A stretch of DNA of 64,000 nucleotides from Eledone cirrhosa (taxonomy: Eukaryota). The notes below the pieces were generated by a model that searched no databases, had not been told where the DNA came from, and saw only the letters and a list, made by a program, of their open reading frames with translations. The stretch covers positions 324,446,001 to 324,510,000 of the forward strand of contig OZ024743.1 of assembly GCA_964016885.1 (NCBI GenBank). The letters run 5' to 3'. The translations under genes and the position numbers were made by a program. The stretch's first letter is position 1. Every line of letters begins with the position of its first letter. Positions 9,975 through 22,329 of this stretch are shown one piece after another.

Positions 9975-12734
9975 TTAGCTGTAGTGTTGGCGGATCTCGG
10001 GAAGCATGGAGGCCTTAAAGGATGCAGTGTCTCGACAGCTAACAACTGATGCAGGTAGTTTGTTCCATGCTTCAGCAACTCTGAGCGTGAAAAAATGTTT
10101 CCGAAAGTCATGGGAACTGTGCTGTTTTCTTACTTTGTGGGCATGTCCACGTGTGGTAGACACATGGAAATCGAAAAGGTACTCAGGGTTGTTGTTGGCA
10201 ACATGGTTAACAATTTTGTGGGTGTTCACCAAGTCAGTTGCCAGGCGTCGGAGCTTCAATGAATCCATGCCCAGGGAAGCAAGGCGCTCAGAGTATGGTA
10301 GATGCCTGATGGAGGGTATTCGCTTGGTTGCACGTCTCTGAACAGTTTCCAGGCGGTCAATGTCCTGAGCAAGATAGGGGTTCCAGACTGGTGATGCAAA
10401 TTCTAAGTGTGGTCGCACCATAGCTGTATACAGCCTTAAATAGATATCTGGAGAGCGGCTGACAAAGGTCTTGCTGAGTGATGCTAAGACACCCTCGGCC
10501 CTCTTGACAATTTTAGAGACGTGCCTCGTCCAACGCAAATCGCTGCTGACCGTAATGCCCAGGTCACGTTCACAGGAAGACTTCTTGATATTAGTGCTGT
10601 GGAGGGAGTATGTGGACGCTGGGTTTTTACTCCCAAAATGCATGGTGGTGCACTTGTCCACAGCTAGCTTGAGTTGCCAGTCTGAGATCCACTGTTGCAT
10701 TGTGTCCAGGTCAGACTGCAAGCAAGATCTATAGTGTTCAGGATCTGTCCTTTTTATCTCAAGGTACAGCTTGATGTCGTCTGCGTACTTTAGTACTGTG
10801 GCATTCCTTAAGTTGGCATCTATGTCATTAATATATGCCACAAACAAAAGGGGGCCAAGAACAGATCCCTGAGGTACACCAGATAACATCTCATATGGTG
10901 AGGAATGCTGTCCCAGAACCGTGACTACCTCTCTTCGACTGAGAATGAAGGACTTCAACCAGTTAAAAAGATCATCCTTCACACCCATTGCAGAGAGTTT
11001 TGCCATAAGCCTTTTGTGCGGCACAGAATTGAAGGCCTTCGCAAAGTCAAGGTAAACAACATCCACCCATGAGCCGCCATCAGTGATCCGGGTGATGTCC
11101 TCAAGAAACTCTATAAGTTGATCACAGCAGCTGGAGTTGGGGATAAATCCAAATTGCGAGGGCCGGATAAGACTGTGAGAGCTCCAGAAGTTCCAAAGTG
11201 TTTCTCTGACACAGGATTCCATCAGTTTGGCGATGCAACTAGTAAGACTGACTGGACGATAGTTCACAGGTGATGTGCGGTCACCCTTTTTGAACAGAGG
11301 AATGACACTGGCAGTTTTCCACTGTTCTGGAGTAGCACTGTTGTTCAGACAGAATTGGAAGAAGCGTGATAACTGGTGTAGAAGGAAGTACCCACCACGT
11401 TTAAGAAGCAGGTACGTAACACCATCAAGACCAGGAGAGGCATGGTTGCGTTTATTTTTTAGGTGACGTCGCAGCATTGCAGGTGTAAATTCCATGGTTG
11501 TAATAGAGTCCGGTGTCATAGGTGGTGGAGATGGTACACTCTGGTCTTCAATGGTGAAAATGCCTGCATAGCATTCAGCAATGAGCTCTGCGCATTCCCT
11601 GGGGTCGTCAGTAACCTGGCTTGTGTGGGGATTGCGAAGAGGACCAACTGGAGAGTGAGGCCTCTGCTTTGAGTGAACATACTTCCAGAACACCTTACTG
11701 TCAGGGCTGGTTGCTATGCGCTGCTCAAATTGAAGCACTGCCTTTTTTGTCACCTGTTTGAGGTGGTTGGACGATCTATTTCGCCTCTTCCTATTAATGT
11801 CTGATTTGTGAAGTTTGTACTCACGTTCAGCATTGCGCCGTTCTTTTCTGGCATGACGGACTGCTGCAGTCTCCCAAATTGCGCTTTTAGGATGTTTTTT
11901 CCGCTTACGTGGCACCGATGCTGCACATGCTGTCCATATTGAGCTCAGGATGTTCTGGAGTACAGTGTTGACATCTCCAGAGTCATAGAACTCAAGCCAG
12001 TTTGGCCGTTGCAACTCGGTGCAGTAACAGTTCCAGTCTGCTTTATTCCAGTCAAAGTGAGCAGTTTGGAGATGGTTGTGGTTCTTGTTACTGCCCATGA
12101 AGGATAGATTGGCAATGATCATAGCATGATCAGAGTCACCTAAAGGTTCCTCAGCAGTAACACTAATGACCGTTTCAGGAGTAGTGGTGAAGAGTAGGTC
12201 CAAAGTGTTGTCACCTCTCGTTGGGGAGGTGACCACCTGGGACCAACTCGAGTTCAGCACCAGCTCAAGGAAGTCATTTGCACTTGGCGGCCAACGAAAG
12301 GTCTCCCAGTCAATCTCAGGGTGATTGAAGTCACCTGCAATGAAAACATAAGTGGCTGTCTTCCTGGCAGCAGCTCTGAGGATATCACAAAGTTGAGTGT
12401 CCTGATGGTAATTTGGGGGACGGTAAACGACTCCAAGTAGCAGTGTTGACATGGTCATACGTATATCGCAGAAAAAAACTTCCTGCTGTGATTGGTTCAA
12501 ATCAGCACAAGGAATTGCCGACAGATTTGACCGAACGTAGACCATTACACTACCACCACGACGATTAATACGGTCTTTACGAAACAGGTTGTAGCCAGTC
12601 ATGCTGAAAACCCCATCACAGAGTAAGGGATGTGCCCAAGTTTCCGTGACTGTAATGAAGTCCGGGTTGATACTTTTGACGTAGGAGTCAAAAAGATGAA
12701 TCTTATTGCATAGACTACGTGCATTCAAGGACAA
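9975..12734 (-). CDS. LINE ORF2: apurinic endonuclease + reverse transcriptase (919 aa, uninterrupted)
   Basis: APE motifs NARSL, VTETW, GDFNHP, LDLLF, SDH; RT motifs YRPVSLTS, LDFAKAFNSV, GVPQGSVLGPLLF, YADD; CR1-type C-terminus VRPHLEFASPVWNP and FFTLRVAEAWNKLP. Confidence 0.93.
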   Translation of the reverse strand: MSLNARSLCNKIHLFDSYVKSINPDFITVTETWAHPLLCDGVFSMTGYNLFRKDRINRRGGSVMVYVRSNLSAIPCADLNQSQQEVFFCDIRMTMSTLLLGVVYRPPNYHQDTQLCDILRAAARKTATYVFIAGDFNHPEIDWETFRWPPSANDFLELVLNSSWSQVVTSPTRGDNTLDLLFTTTPETVISVTAEEPLGDSDHAMIIANLSFMGSNKNHNHLQTAHFDWNKADWNCYCTELQRPNWLEFYDSGDVNTVLQNILSSIWTACAASVPRKRKKHPKSAIWETAAVRHARKERRNAEREYKLHKSDINRKRRNRSSNHLKQVTKKAVLQFEQRIATSPDSKVFWKYVHSKQRPHSPVGPLRNPHTSQVTDDPRECAELIAECYAGIFTIEDQSVPSPPPMTPDSITTMEFTPAMLRRHLKNKRNHASPGLDGVTYLLLKRGGYFLLHQLSRFFQFCLNNSATPEQWKTASVIPLFKKGDRTSPVNYRPVSLTSCIAKLMESCVRETLWNFWSSHSLIRPSQFGFIPNSSCCDQLIEFLEDITRITDGGSWVDVVYLDFAKAFNSVPHKRLMAKLSAMGVKDDLFNWLKSFILSRREVVTVLGQHSSPYEMLSGVPQGSVLGPLLFVAYINDIDANLRNATVLKYADDIKLYLEIKRTDPEHYRSCLQSDLDTMQQWISDWQLKLAVDKCTTMHFGSKNPASTYSLHSTNIKKSSCERDLGITVSSDLRWTRHVSKIVKRAEGVLASLSKTFVSRSPDIYLRLYTAMVRPHLEFASPVWNPYLAQDIDRLETVQRRATKRIPSIRHLPYSERLASLGMDSLKLRRLATDLVNTHKIVNHVANNNPEYLFDFHVSTTRGHAHKVRKQHSSHDFRKHFFTLRVAEAWNKLPASVVSCRDTASFKASMLPEIRQHYS

Positions 12735-12793
12735 CAGTTTGTACTTTGATTCCAGTCTATGATTATGTGCAGGGGATGGCAGGTTGTTCTGAT

Positions 12794-13305
12794 TTAGTTT
12801 CCCAGAGTTTTTTCAGTTTCTTTATTGTCAGTTGTTGTGGGTACACTGTTTTCAGACCAGCTGGTGTCTCTTTTCCATGATTCGCCAGCCTTAACAAACT
12901 TCCATATCTGCCCATCATCTCGTAGGCTGAAGCTTTCATGTTCTGCCGAGCTGCGGTTTAGGGAAGCTGCAGCACGCAACTTTGGGCGGACATCAGGTGG
13001 AAGACCAGGACGTGTTCGGAAAGCAATCCGACTTTCACGCCTAGCTTTATCAGAGGCTACAAGGTATGAACGTGCCTCAGCCGAGTTTGAAAACGACAGT
13101 CTAATTAACCTGGGTTTCGGGCCTGGTCGGCCAAGGCGTAGAGCACCCTTTGCGGGAGCACAGCCCAGGTCTTTGGATGAACTGGCAGCAAATGCCTGAA
13201 GATCAACTATGTCTTCCGGCACACCAATGGCAATCACTTCGTGGTTTGCAGATTCAGTGGCATTCTCAATGCGTCTAGGTTCAACATGAGGTACGCGGAG
13301 ATTTT
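12794..13305 (-). CDS. LINE ORF1 C-terminal fragment
   Basis: Open frame immediately upstream of ORF2 with GVPE and RLG..KPR motifs common in CR1/L2 ORF1; the 5' end runs into hAT sequence. Confidence 0.7.
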
Positions 13306-13637
13306 TTAACAAAAAAGGAAAAATTAATACTTCTTTGTCTAATTTTTCGGTAATGCTAAATAAAATTCATACTGTTCGTTTATAATACTTCATCAGGGAG
13401 TTTTCATTCACACAAAAAAATTCTAAACTCAAACGTAAAAAATAAACACAAGTAACCAATATCATATACCTATAATATAAATGTAAACAACGAAAACAGA
13501 TAATTGCTGCATCAGTTTATTATTTATTTATTCTTTACTGGCAATGTTGAAAAGACATAAGGTAAATCAGGGCAAATGGTAAATGGGCCAAGAAAATGTT
13601 ACTTTCAGAGCCATTTGATAAAGTGAAACATGCTTCT

Positions 13638-15531
13638 CTAATGTGAAACCTGTGCCTGTCTTTTGCTACACAAATACTTAATTCGAGGTCGAACTTTAGA
13701 TAAACACACACGGATTTCATTCTCAATTGAGAGGAGACGATTTCTGTCTTTGCTCTTGATACTTGTTAAATAAGAAAAGGCTTGCTCACACATGTAAGAC
13801 GTTGAAAACTGCAACAATATATTAATTGCTTTCCTATGAATAGTAGGAAACTCTTCTTTCACAGACATCCAGAACTTGTCCAGAGATAGGTCTGTAAATC
13901 TTATCTTGAGTGTACGATCACACTGCAGCTCACAAACTCCTTCCTCTTCTTTTAATGTCAGATTCTCAGGATGACCAGCAGATTCAGAGTATGGATCCCG
14001 CACCCAATCATACACCTGTGTTGAAAGGGAAGGAAAATAATTTTCAATTCTGATATACAGTTCCTCCAGATGGGATTCAATAAGACTTGAAGTTTTCTGA
14101 TATCCTTCTTCACTTTTAAGACCCAGAAGTAGCGGAAACATCTCAAGATTTCCTTTTGCAACATGGTTCTTCCACAAATTCACTTTTCTTTTAAATGCAA
14201 GAATTTTATCACTTGAAGTTAGTATATTTTCTCTGGGGCCTTGCAGTGACTTGTTCAGTTGATTCATGTGACGAAAAATGTCTTCTAAGTAGCTTAGCCT
14301 CTGCAGGAAATGTTCATCTTCAAAGCACTTAGCAAAATCTTACTTATTGGTTTCTTGAAAGTATTTCTGCAATTCATCTTTCAGCTCAAACACCCTATTT
14401 ATAACTCTTCCTTTACTCAGCCACCGGATTTCCGTATGTAGCAATAGATTTATGTTCTTTGTCCAGCTTTTCACGCAGTCTTTTAAACATTCTGGAGTGA
14501 ACTGGTCTTTGTTTAATAAAGTTGACAATTTTTGTAACATCATCAAAAACTTTTTTCAGTTCAACTCCAAGTGATTTTGAAATCAATACTTCTCTGTGAA
14601 GAAAGCAGTGTGTTGAGATTATATCAGGATTTTCTTTTTTTAAAAGAGAAGCAAAACCTTTTATGGAGCCAACCATTGATGGAGAACCATCAGTACAGAT
14701 GCCAACACAATCATTCCAGGAGAGACCTCTTGTTTCCAGATATGAGGACAAGATATTGACTACATCTATTCCTTTGCTCGTCTCAGGCAGTTCTTTGCAA
14801 CATAGGAAGTTTTCTTGAATTTCACCCTCATTGACAAATCTTACAAAAGCTACAACATGGCATTTATTGGTAAGATCTGTTGACTCATCAACCTGAATAG
14901 AAAAACTGCTATTTTTCAATTTGTCACACAAAACCTCTTCACTGTCATGTGCCATATCATCAATACGTCAACTTATTGTACTGTTTGAAAGTGGAACATT
15001 TTCAATTTCTTGTACTTTATTTTGTCCAAGCATTTTACCGACTATAATTTTACAAGCTGGTAATATTAGGTTCTCACCAACTGTGTGACTTTTCCTTTTC
15101 TGTGCAATAATTTCTGCTACCAAATAACTTGCTTCAAGAGCCTTTTCACTTACACTAACTTTACTCAAAAAAGCTGTACTCTGTTTTTTTCTGAGATTCA
15201 AACAGCCTTTTAAAATAATCTGCACTTTTACTTTTCATATGACTGTGATTTGTTGTGAAGTGTCTTTTCAGTTTAGCTGGAGCCATTGCTGCATTTGAAA
15301 GTCGTTTGTCACAGACGACACACAATGGAATAGGACAGCTTGGGTCACCGGTCCATGTGAAGCCCATTGATAAATAGCTTTCATCGTAAAGACGGATCTT
15401 CTTTCTGCCCGTTGTTGAACTATTAGTGCAGTGGAATTGGTCTCTTCATCACTAGTCTCATGAGCTTGTGATTCTTCATCACTAACCTCATCAGAATTTT
15501 CGGAACGTTTCCTCTTCAAAAATCGCCACAT
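13638..15531 (-). pseudogene. hAT transposase (BED finger + DDE + dimerisation domain), frameshifted
   Basis: MWRFLKRKR start; CVVC..LKRHFTTNH BED finger; FSIQVDESTD; CTDG; HCFLHRE; RWLSKG; FSTSYMCEQAFS; ends QAQVSH*; split over several frames. Confidence 0.92.
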
Positions 15532-16614
15532 TGGGTGATTAGGTATTTCTGTAAAAATGCAATAAAATGCAATAAAAAAGCGTGCTTAAATTTTTACAAT
15601 TCATAAAATATCCCTGAATGCTGTAAAAAGAAATTTACTGAATATTGTGGGCGAATGAGGGACTGTACCTGTAGCCAGGAACCACAGAGACGACTGATGT
15701 AGACTATGCATGCGTCTTGTACTGAATGAGTCACTTGATACATGAATCAGTCACGTACAGGTCCCGTCTGCTGAGTGGGCACTGACTATGATAGTGAAGG
15801 CGGTTTCACACTGGCGCCGTACAGACATCACTAAATATATTCCCAATGATTGTTATATTTTTTAATAACATAATAGGTTAGATAGGATGATGTCTATATT
15901 ACAATATTACAATAGCCAAGAATATATTGTGCGTGTTTGGTAATATTACGTATATGAAATTAAATAAAAAGTCAAAAGTGCATTAGCTTATCTCACTTGT
16001 TCTCGCGGAACCCTTAGGGACCTTTTGCGGAACCTTAGGGTTCCGGGGAACCCCGGTTGAGAAACGCTGCTCTGTACACTGAAAAACATAAGCGATTACC
16101 TTTATGCATTTCGGGGATTTTTGTCTCCTTACCAGGAGATAATCACCTCTATGAGTCTGTATAGAGAAGAATATGACTATAGTAACGCTATGTATGTCAA
16201 GCAAGGTGTAGTATATAGCTGAAATATTCAGTCTAATTTGAATGACGTATGTTTGGATATATAATTTATGAAATATCTAATTAACATTTAAAAATGTGTA
16301 GCCACAATGCAGACAACTATAAGTTAATAGTTGATAACTATAAATAACAGTTAAATAAGTCGGGTAAAATACCCCTAAAGATGAAAAAATGTAGTCACTC
16401 CACATTTTCCAGTCTCCAGTCTTATGCACTCAGTTAGTTCTCGTGTATAATGTGCACCCATAATTTTAAAGTTTTAAAATGTAGAAAAATGTGCGTATTA
16501 TACACAAATAAACAAAGTATTATAAAAATTTACTAAAAAGTAGTTAAAAACGTTAAAACATCTATTGTAATTTATGCTTGTGCCAAAAGTAGAAACAATT
16601 ATTACAATTAGAAA

Positions 16615-16843
16615 GCGCGATGGATTGGCAGAATCGGTAGAGCGTCACACACCATGATTTGCAGCATAGAGTTATGGCCATTTACGTTCTGAGTTCAAAT
16701 CCCACCGAGGTTAGCTTTGCTTTCATCCTTACGGGGTCGATAAAATGAAGTACCAGTAATGCACCGAGGTCGATTTAATCGACTCCCCAACCCCCCAAAT
16801 AAAATTTGATTGCTGGCCTTGTGCCTATAGTAGAAATCCTTAT
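16615..16843 (+). mobile_element. tRNA-derived SINE, family A
   Basis: A box TGGCAGAATCGG, B box GAGTTCAAATCCC, conserved core TTTCATCCTTACGGGGTCGATAAAATGAAGTACCAG, tail GGCCTTGTGCC..AGTAGAAA; seven related copies in the window. Confidence 0.85.
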
Positions 16844-17513
16844 TACAATTATCCAGCATTTCTGCAAGGTTTTTCCAACATTTTCATTCAAGGCAGTTGA
16901 CAACCCTGCACTCCAAGGAGATATATACTAACCATGGAGATGAACCAATTTAATCGAATTTTCTTTTCCCCTACACATGTGACATCTATACAAAAAAACA
17001 TTTAGTTTGCAAACCAGAAGTAGATGATTTATATGGCATGCTACATATTCTGAATACAACTGTTAATGTGTGGATTACTGCATCTGTGGAAGTTGTAGAA
17101 ACGTCATTAATTGAAAGTAAATTATATTTTTCTTCCTGTGGTATTTGAAACGTTTGGAGTAGCTGGAGTGTTAACTATGTAGCTTTTGAGTACTTCGGTA
17201 TTTTATCTGATTAAAATTTCATGAAAGGCTCGTGAAAGGACTTGACCAGTTTCTCAGCCTCACGATCCTTCGCTGTAATGCTTCTGTGTTTTGGGTTACT
17301 TCCCTTAATTAAGTTCTCTGAATATTTATTTATTATCATTTATTATTTATTTATTATCATTTATTATCTTCTTTAGATCCTTTCTCTCCCTATGGGGCAT
17401 GGTGTGACAAGTTTTTTTTATTTTCCATTCCGTCTGCACGGTCGTAAGACATGATGCGGGCCTGATCCCATGCCAGGTCCGTGTCTGCCAGGTATTCCTC
17501 CACAGACTTTAAC

Positions 17514-17874
17514 TACTTTCGGGTCCCAAATAATAGGGGGTGGAGGGTTGGAATGAGCGTGGGAGCGGGTTGGAAATTCTTAAATTCTTAGAAGCGGGAG
17601 ACGGGGATCGGTAATTGTATAGTGTACGTTCGTTAATATGGAATTTCTTGTAATGTTCTTTTTTTGCCATATAAAATGTCTTTTAATGTAAAATAAAATT
17701 ATTATTAGATTCCCCAGCTGATGTATCGATATGAATCACAATCAAATTTCACCGGTGATAGATTAGCAACATTTAATAAGCGGGGTGATGGTGGATGGGG
17801 GAGGGTGTGCTTGTGGAAAAAATCTGAAAAATTAATAAGCGGGGGGAGGGGGGATTATTCAAGACCTGAGAGTA
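17514..17874. mobile_element. MITE-like element with TACTYTC termini
   Basis: TACTTTCGGGTCCCAAATAAT...ATTATTCAAGACCTGAGAGTA imperfect TIRs; related copy at ~30569-30891. Confidence 0.55.
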
Positions 17875-18681
17875 AGTGTTGACTTGTCTTCCTTGTTTTC
17901 TGTGCACCCCACCAACACACAAATCTGAAGGAGATCCTCACTGCTCTTTTCATAGATATTCATAAGCATCATCATAAGCATCATCATCATACAGTGACGG
18001 TACTTGGTAGATCTCTCAGCCCGGCCGTTGCCATTACAACATCTATGGAAGGCATTCTCAGGGGATCAGTTAATTGTTTTAAAGTCAGCAAATGTTTTAA
18101 AGTTAAAAAATAATTAGACATTCTCCGCCTCCAACTTAGTTGCTTCGGCCACAAACCCCGGTACCGCGGCCCGCCTTGCAAAGGAAAGGAAGATAAACAA
18201 ATACCGGGAATTGTCCGGCCGCTTCCTCTTCTCATCGGTCGTTGTGGAGACCTCAGGCGTACTTGGACTCCGTACTGCTGAGCTCCTCCACAAGATCGGA
18301 ACGTTGGCGGAAGGAGCCCTGTAAGGTGGGTGGCTGTTGCAGCGGGTGTCACTGGTCATTGTCTGCAGAAATACTTGTCTGCGGGGTGCAGCCCCTTTAC
18401 TGCCGTGCCCTAGGCCCAGAGTCCAATCCCCCCCTCTCCCACATTCTTCTGAGACAATAGAGTCCTTGCCATTCCCTCTATTTTTCGTTTTTTTCTGTAT
18501 ATTTTCCCATTTTACATTCCATTCTCTCTTCTCAATCACTTTCTTTTCCTATTAAACTGTATTTACATTAAACGAAGGGAAATAACTTAGAAATATGTAC
18601 AGCTCGAGGAATCTCCCTTTTATTAGTTATTGTTTTGTTAATGGCGTACTTTCCAGTCCCGAATAATAGGGGCTTGGAATA

Positions 18682-18754
<73 letters not shown>

Positions 18755-19426
18755 TGTCTGTCTGTCTGTCTGTCTGTGAGTCTATGTGTGTGTGTCCTTG
18801 TGCGTGTCTGTGTGTGCATGTGTGTGTGCATGTGTGTGTATGTGTCTGTCGGTGTGTGTTTGTGTATGTATGTGTGTGTATGTGTGTAAGAGAGAGAGAA
18901 AGAGAGAGAGAGAGCGAGCGAGAGAGAGAGAGAGAGCGAGAGATAGATAGATAGATAGATAGAGAGAGAGATAGAGGGAGAGAAAGGGATAGAGAGCGAG
19001 AGGGAGGGAGAGAGATTGAATGAAGCTGCATCAGTTCCAGCGATCAGTGTTTCAGTTGTCCAATCAATGGAACAGCCTACTTATGAAAGTAGTGTATAAG
19101 GGGCTGAACATTTCACAGACACGTGCAACCATAACCTATTTCCCTGGAAGTTTCAGTGTAACAAAGGTGTCCCTTTGAATTACAGGCACAGTCCACCCAA
19201 AGGGCTTCTTAACAGTTTCCGTCTACCCAATTTCACTCATAAAGTACAGGTTGACATGAAGCTATATTAAATGACACGTGTTCAAGATTCCAAGCAGTAG
19301 GATCGAACCCGGGACTAAATATTGCAAAAATACAAAATGAAATGTCATTTTATTCTTCCTTCTAGCATATGTTTCTACAATGATAAACAAAGTAAAATAA
19401 AAAGTAAAAATCTTGCCCAGGCTCCA

Positions 19427-19513
<87 letters not shown>

Positions 19514-19708
19514 ATATATATATATATATATAACAATTCACAATCTGACTGTTGACTCAAGAAGAAAAATATGATTAAAAAAGCGATGTCAATATATTGG
19601 CACATCGCTATAAACACAAGGGCATGATATATAAATGGGGATTGAGCAAGATTTTTTCTTTTTGTCTTAATTTCATTTTGTAAAAATATGCGTTAGGAAA
19701 ATAACATG

Positions 19709-19995
19709 CAGGAGTGGATTTAGACCTTTGAGGGGCCCGGAGCACTTCAGGTTTCGGAGACCCTCATACGCAAAAAATTGAATACACAGCCCCCCCCCCC
19801 CCCCCAATTTTACATACCAAAGTTAGCTTGGCGCAAGCAATTGTAATTGAAAAGTAATACACACAGGTAATAAATTCAAAAATTCTAACCATCCTAAAAC
19901 TAAAAAGCTCAGCTGAGGGTACAAATAAATTGCTACGGACGTCGCAGAGGGCCCAGGGCAATTGCTCCCTTTGCTCCCCATTAAATCCGACCCTG
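19709..19995. mobile_element. hAT-like MITE
   Basis: TIRs CAGGAGTGGATTTA / TAAATCCGACCCTG; TSD ataacatg/ataacata (7 of 8 match). Confidence 0.7.
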
Positions 19996-20059
19996 ATAAC
20001 ATAACTTAATTTTCATCTTTAGTGTTTGTGCATTATTATTTATGTGCAAAGTTTGTATA

Positions 20060-20243
20060 TTGGCAGTATCGGTAGAAAGTCCGACGCCAGGCTTTGCAGT
20101 ATAGAGTTACGGCCCTTTACATTCTGGGTTCAAATCCCGCTGAGGTTAACTTTGCCTTTCATCCTTACGGGGTCGATAAAATATAGTACTAGTAATGCAC
20201 TGAGATAATTGCTGGCCTTGTGCCAAAAGTAGAAACAATTATT
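20060..20243 (+). mobile_element. SINE family A copy
   Basis: Same A/B boxes, core and tail as the 16615 copy. Confidence 0.85.
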
Positions 20244-20559
20244 TATGTACTCTGTACCACTACATTCTTACTGTTCATCAGAGTTAGTCGAAGTTTGATT
20301 CATTAAATACTTTTACGGATTATATCATTGATAAGAAGATTCATCTTATCTTGCTGATTGTGGAATTACATTGAGCCCGAATTGTTATAGGCATAACTCT
20401 TCATTTACGCCGATTGTCAATCTGATCGGTTTGACAATCGCCAATGACGAATTCAAGAAATTCTCCAGAAAGTTAACCAGAATTAAAAAAAAACTTTCCA
20501 CCGAAGTTATCGAAGAACTTATTAGATATAGAATACTGTTTATCCGTGACAAATAGCCC

Positions 20560-20594
<35 letters not shown>

Positions 20595-20676
20595 GTTATT
20601 CCTGGTTGAATCGGAGGTAACCACAGTAAGTAAGGTACTCAATACATAGCAGAGTATAAAAGTTTTAATGTATATA

Positions 20677-20737
<61 letters not shown>

Positions 20738-20753
20738 TTTTGTATTTTAGAAG

Positions 20754-21168
20754 AAATACGGTGTTTAAAATAAACATTTAGAGAGACGTAGCTATGCCAA
20801 AAAACCAGCGACTAACGCCGCCTGGCGGTATCCAGCAGAAGCAAGGGAGACAATCGTGGATGCGCATTTCGAAGTGAACTAGTCCTTCTCCCACTCTTGC
20901 AACGCCTGAAAACAGGCGAGAAGATATGGTTTTCCCGTCTGTGTAAATGAGGAGATTAATCTCATTTGCATATGAAGCTGCATAAGTAGGCTCAGCTTAT
21001 AATAGAATAGAATTACAATTTAGCTCCAGGCATAGTTGTATACAAATATGAATTGGAATTTCGTATTTCAGAACAAATACGTATGTTTAAAATAAACATT
21101 TAGAGAGCCGTAGCTATGGCAAAACACCAGCAACTAACGCCGTCTGGCGGTGTCCAGCGGAAGCAAGG
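20754..21168. repeat. ~95-bp diverged direct repeats flanking a ~230-bp spacer (possible PLE-type partial tandem)
   Basis: AAATAAACATTTAGAGAG..GTAGCTATG..CTAACGCCG..GGCGGT..GAAGCAAGG at ~20754-20848 and ~21076-21168. Confidence 0.6.
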
Positions 21169-21321
21169 CGGCATAGTTAAGTTTGCGATTTAAAACACAG
21201 TGCCCCAGTATAGCCGCAGCCTATTGACAGAAAAAAAATCAGTAAACGAATACACACACAAATTCGCACACATAGACACACAGACACACAAACATACAGA
21301 CAAACCAGTACACACAGGCAC

Positions 21322-21442
<121 letters not shown>

Positions 21443-21915
21443 CTCCTCGCTCCGTTGAATTTTTCTTTTGTAAATTTAAAAGTATAAAAGTACATGAATC
21501 TTATTTTTCTACAATAACGTTCACATTTTAGTCATTTCCTTCCTTCCTGCTGTATTTCAAGAACAATTCACTTATAAGTAAAACTAAGATAACTAGTTCC
21601 AGAAAAAAATATATATCAGGAAAAACTATTTTTAGAATTGTCAGGAAGATTCAGCACGACAAAATGTGTGGAAAGTGGTGCCAAGTTGTAAATAGGTATT
21701 TAGTTAGAACATAATATCTTGCTGTTAGGGAGGGTAGATGACTTACAGCTGTACACAGCATCTCTGTAAAATTTAGTGATACATCAGCTTTTGAAATAAC
21801 TAATAAAATTTAAGGGGAATAACTCTAACGAAAATTATAGTATAATTATTTAATTAGTAAGGGGGCTAACTGTGATAGACCTGCGTTTTCTCGGAGAAAT
21901 TTATGTCATATTTAT

Positions 21916-22094
21916 TTAATTGTTTCTACTTTAGGCACAAGACCAGAAATTACCCAGTGCATTACTGGTACTTTATTTTATCGACCCCGTAAGGATTAAA
22001 GGCAAAGTCAACCTCGGCGGGATTTGAACTCAGATCGTAAAGAGACGTAACTATGCTGGAAAGCATGGCGTCCGACCCTCTACCGATACTGCCA
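21916..22094 (-). mobile_element. SINE family A copy
   Basis: Reverse complement of family A. Confidence 0.85.
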
Positions 22095-22329
22095 TAATGC
22101 TACAGAAACTGGCTCTATATAATCCTCCCGACTTAGTAGGTATTTACTTTTTAGCTTGAGATTTCACAGTGATAAGTTGTGCCTAGTAAGGTACTTATTT
22201 ATAACAAGGGGAAATGAGCCAGTGAGAGTTAAGTGTCTAACTAGGAACACCTCACTGGTAATGAAACAGAGGTCAGCAACCCTTTGGTTACTTAACTTGA
22301 CCCGCTGTAACCCTCATATAATATTTTAA

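Larger units (their letters stand above)
9860..13305 (-). mobile_element. CR1-clade LINE, 5'-truncated in ORF1, (ATT)n tail
   Basis: ORF1 C-terminal part (RLGRPGPKPRLIRLSF), complete ORF2, short 3'UTR ending in ATT repeats near 9860-9879; inserted inside the hAT element. Confidence 0.9.
9698..16069 (-). mobile_element. Full-length hAT DNA transposon (Buster/Charlie, ZBED5/ZBED8-like) with nested LINE
   Basis: Perfect 15-bp TIRs CAGCGTTTCTCAACC / GGTTGAGAAACGCTG; perfect 8-bp TSD CTCTGTAC (9690-9697, 16070-16077); transposase remnants inside. Confidence 0.95.

Noticed and set aside
16615-16710. tRNA genes suggested by A/B boxes
   Set aside because: Heads of dispersed SINEs with extended bodies; no proper cloverleaf.
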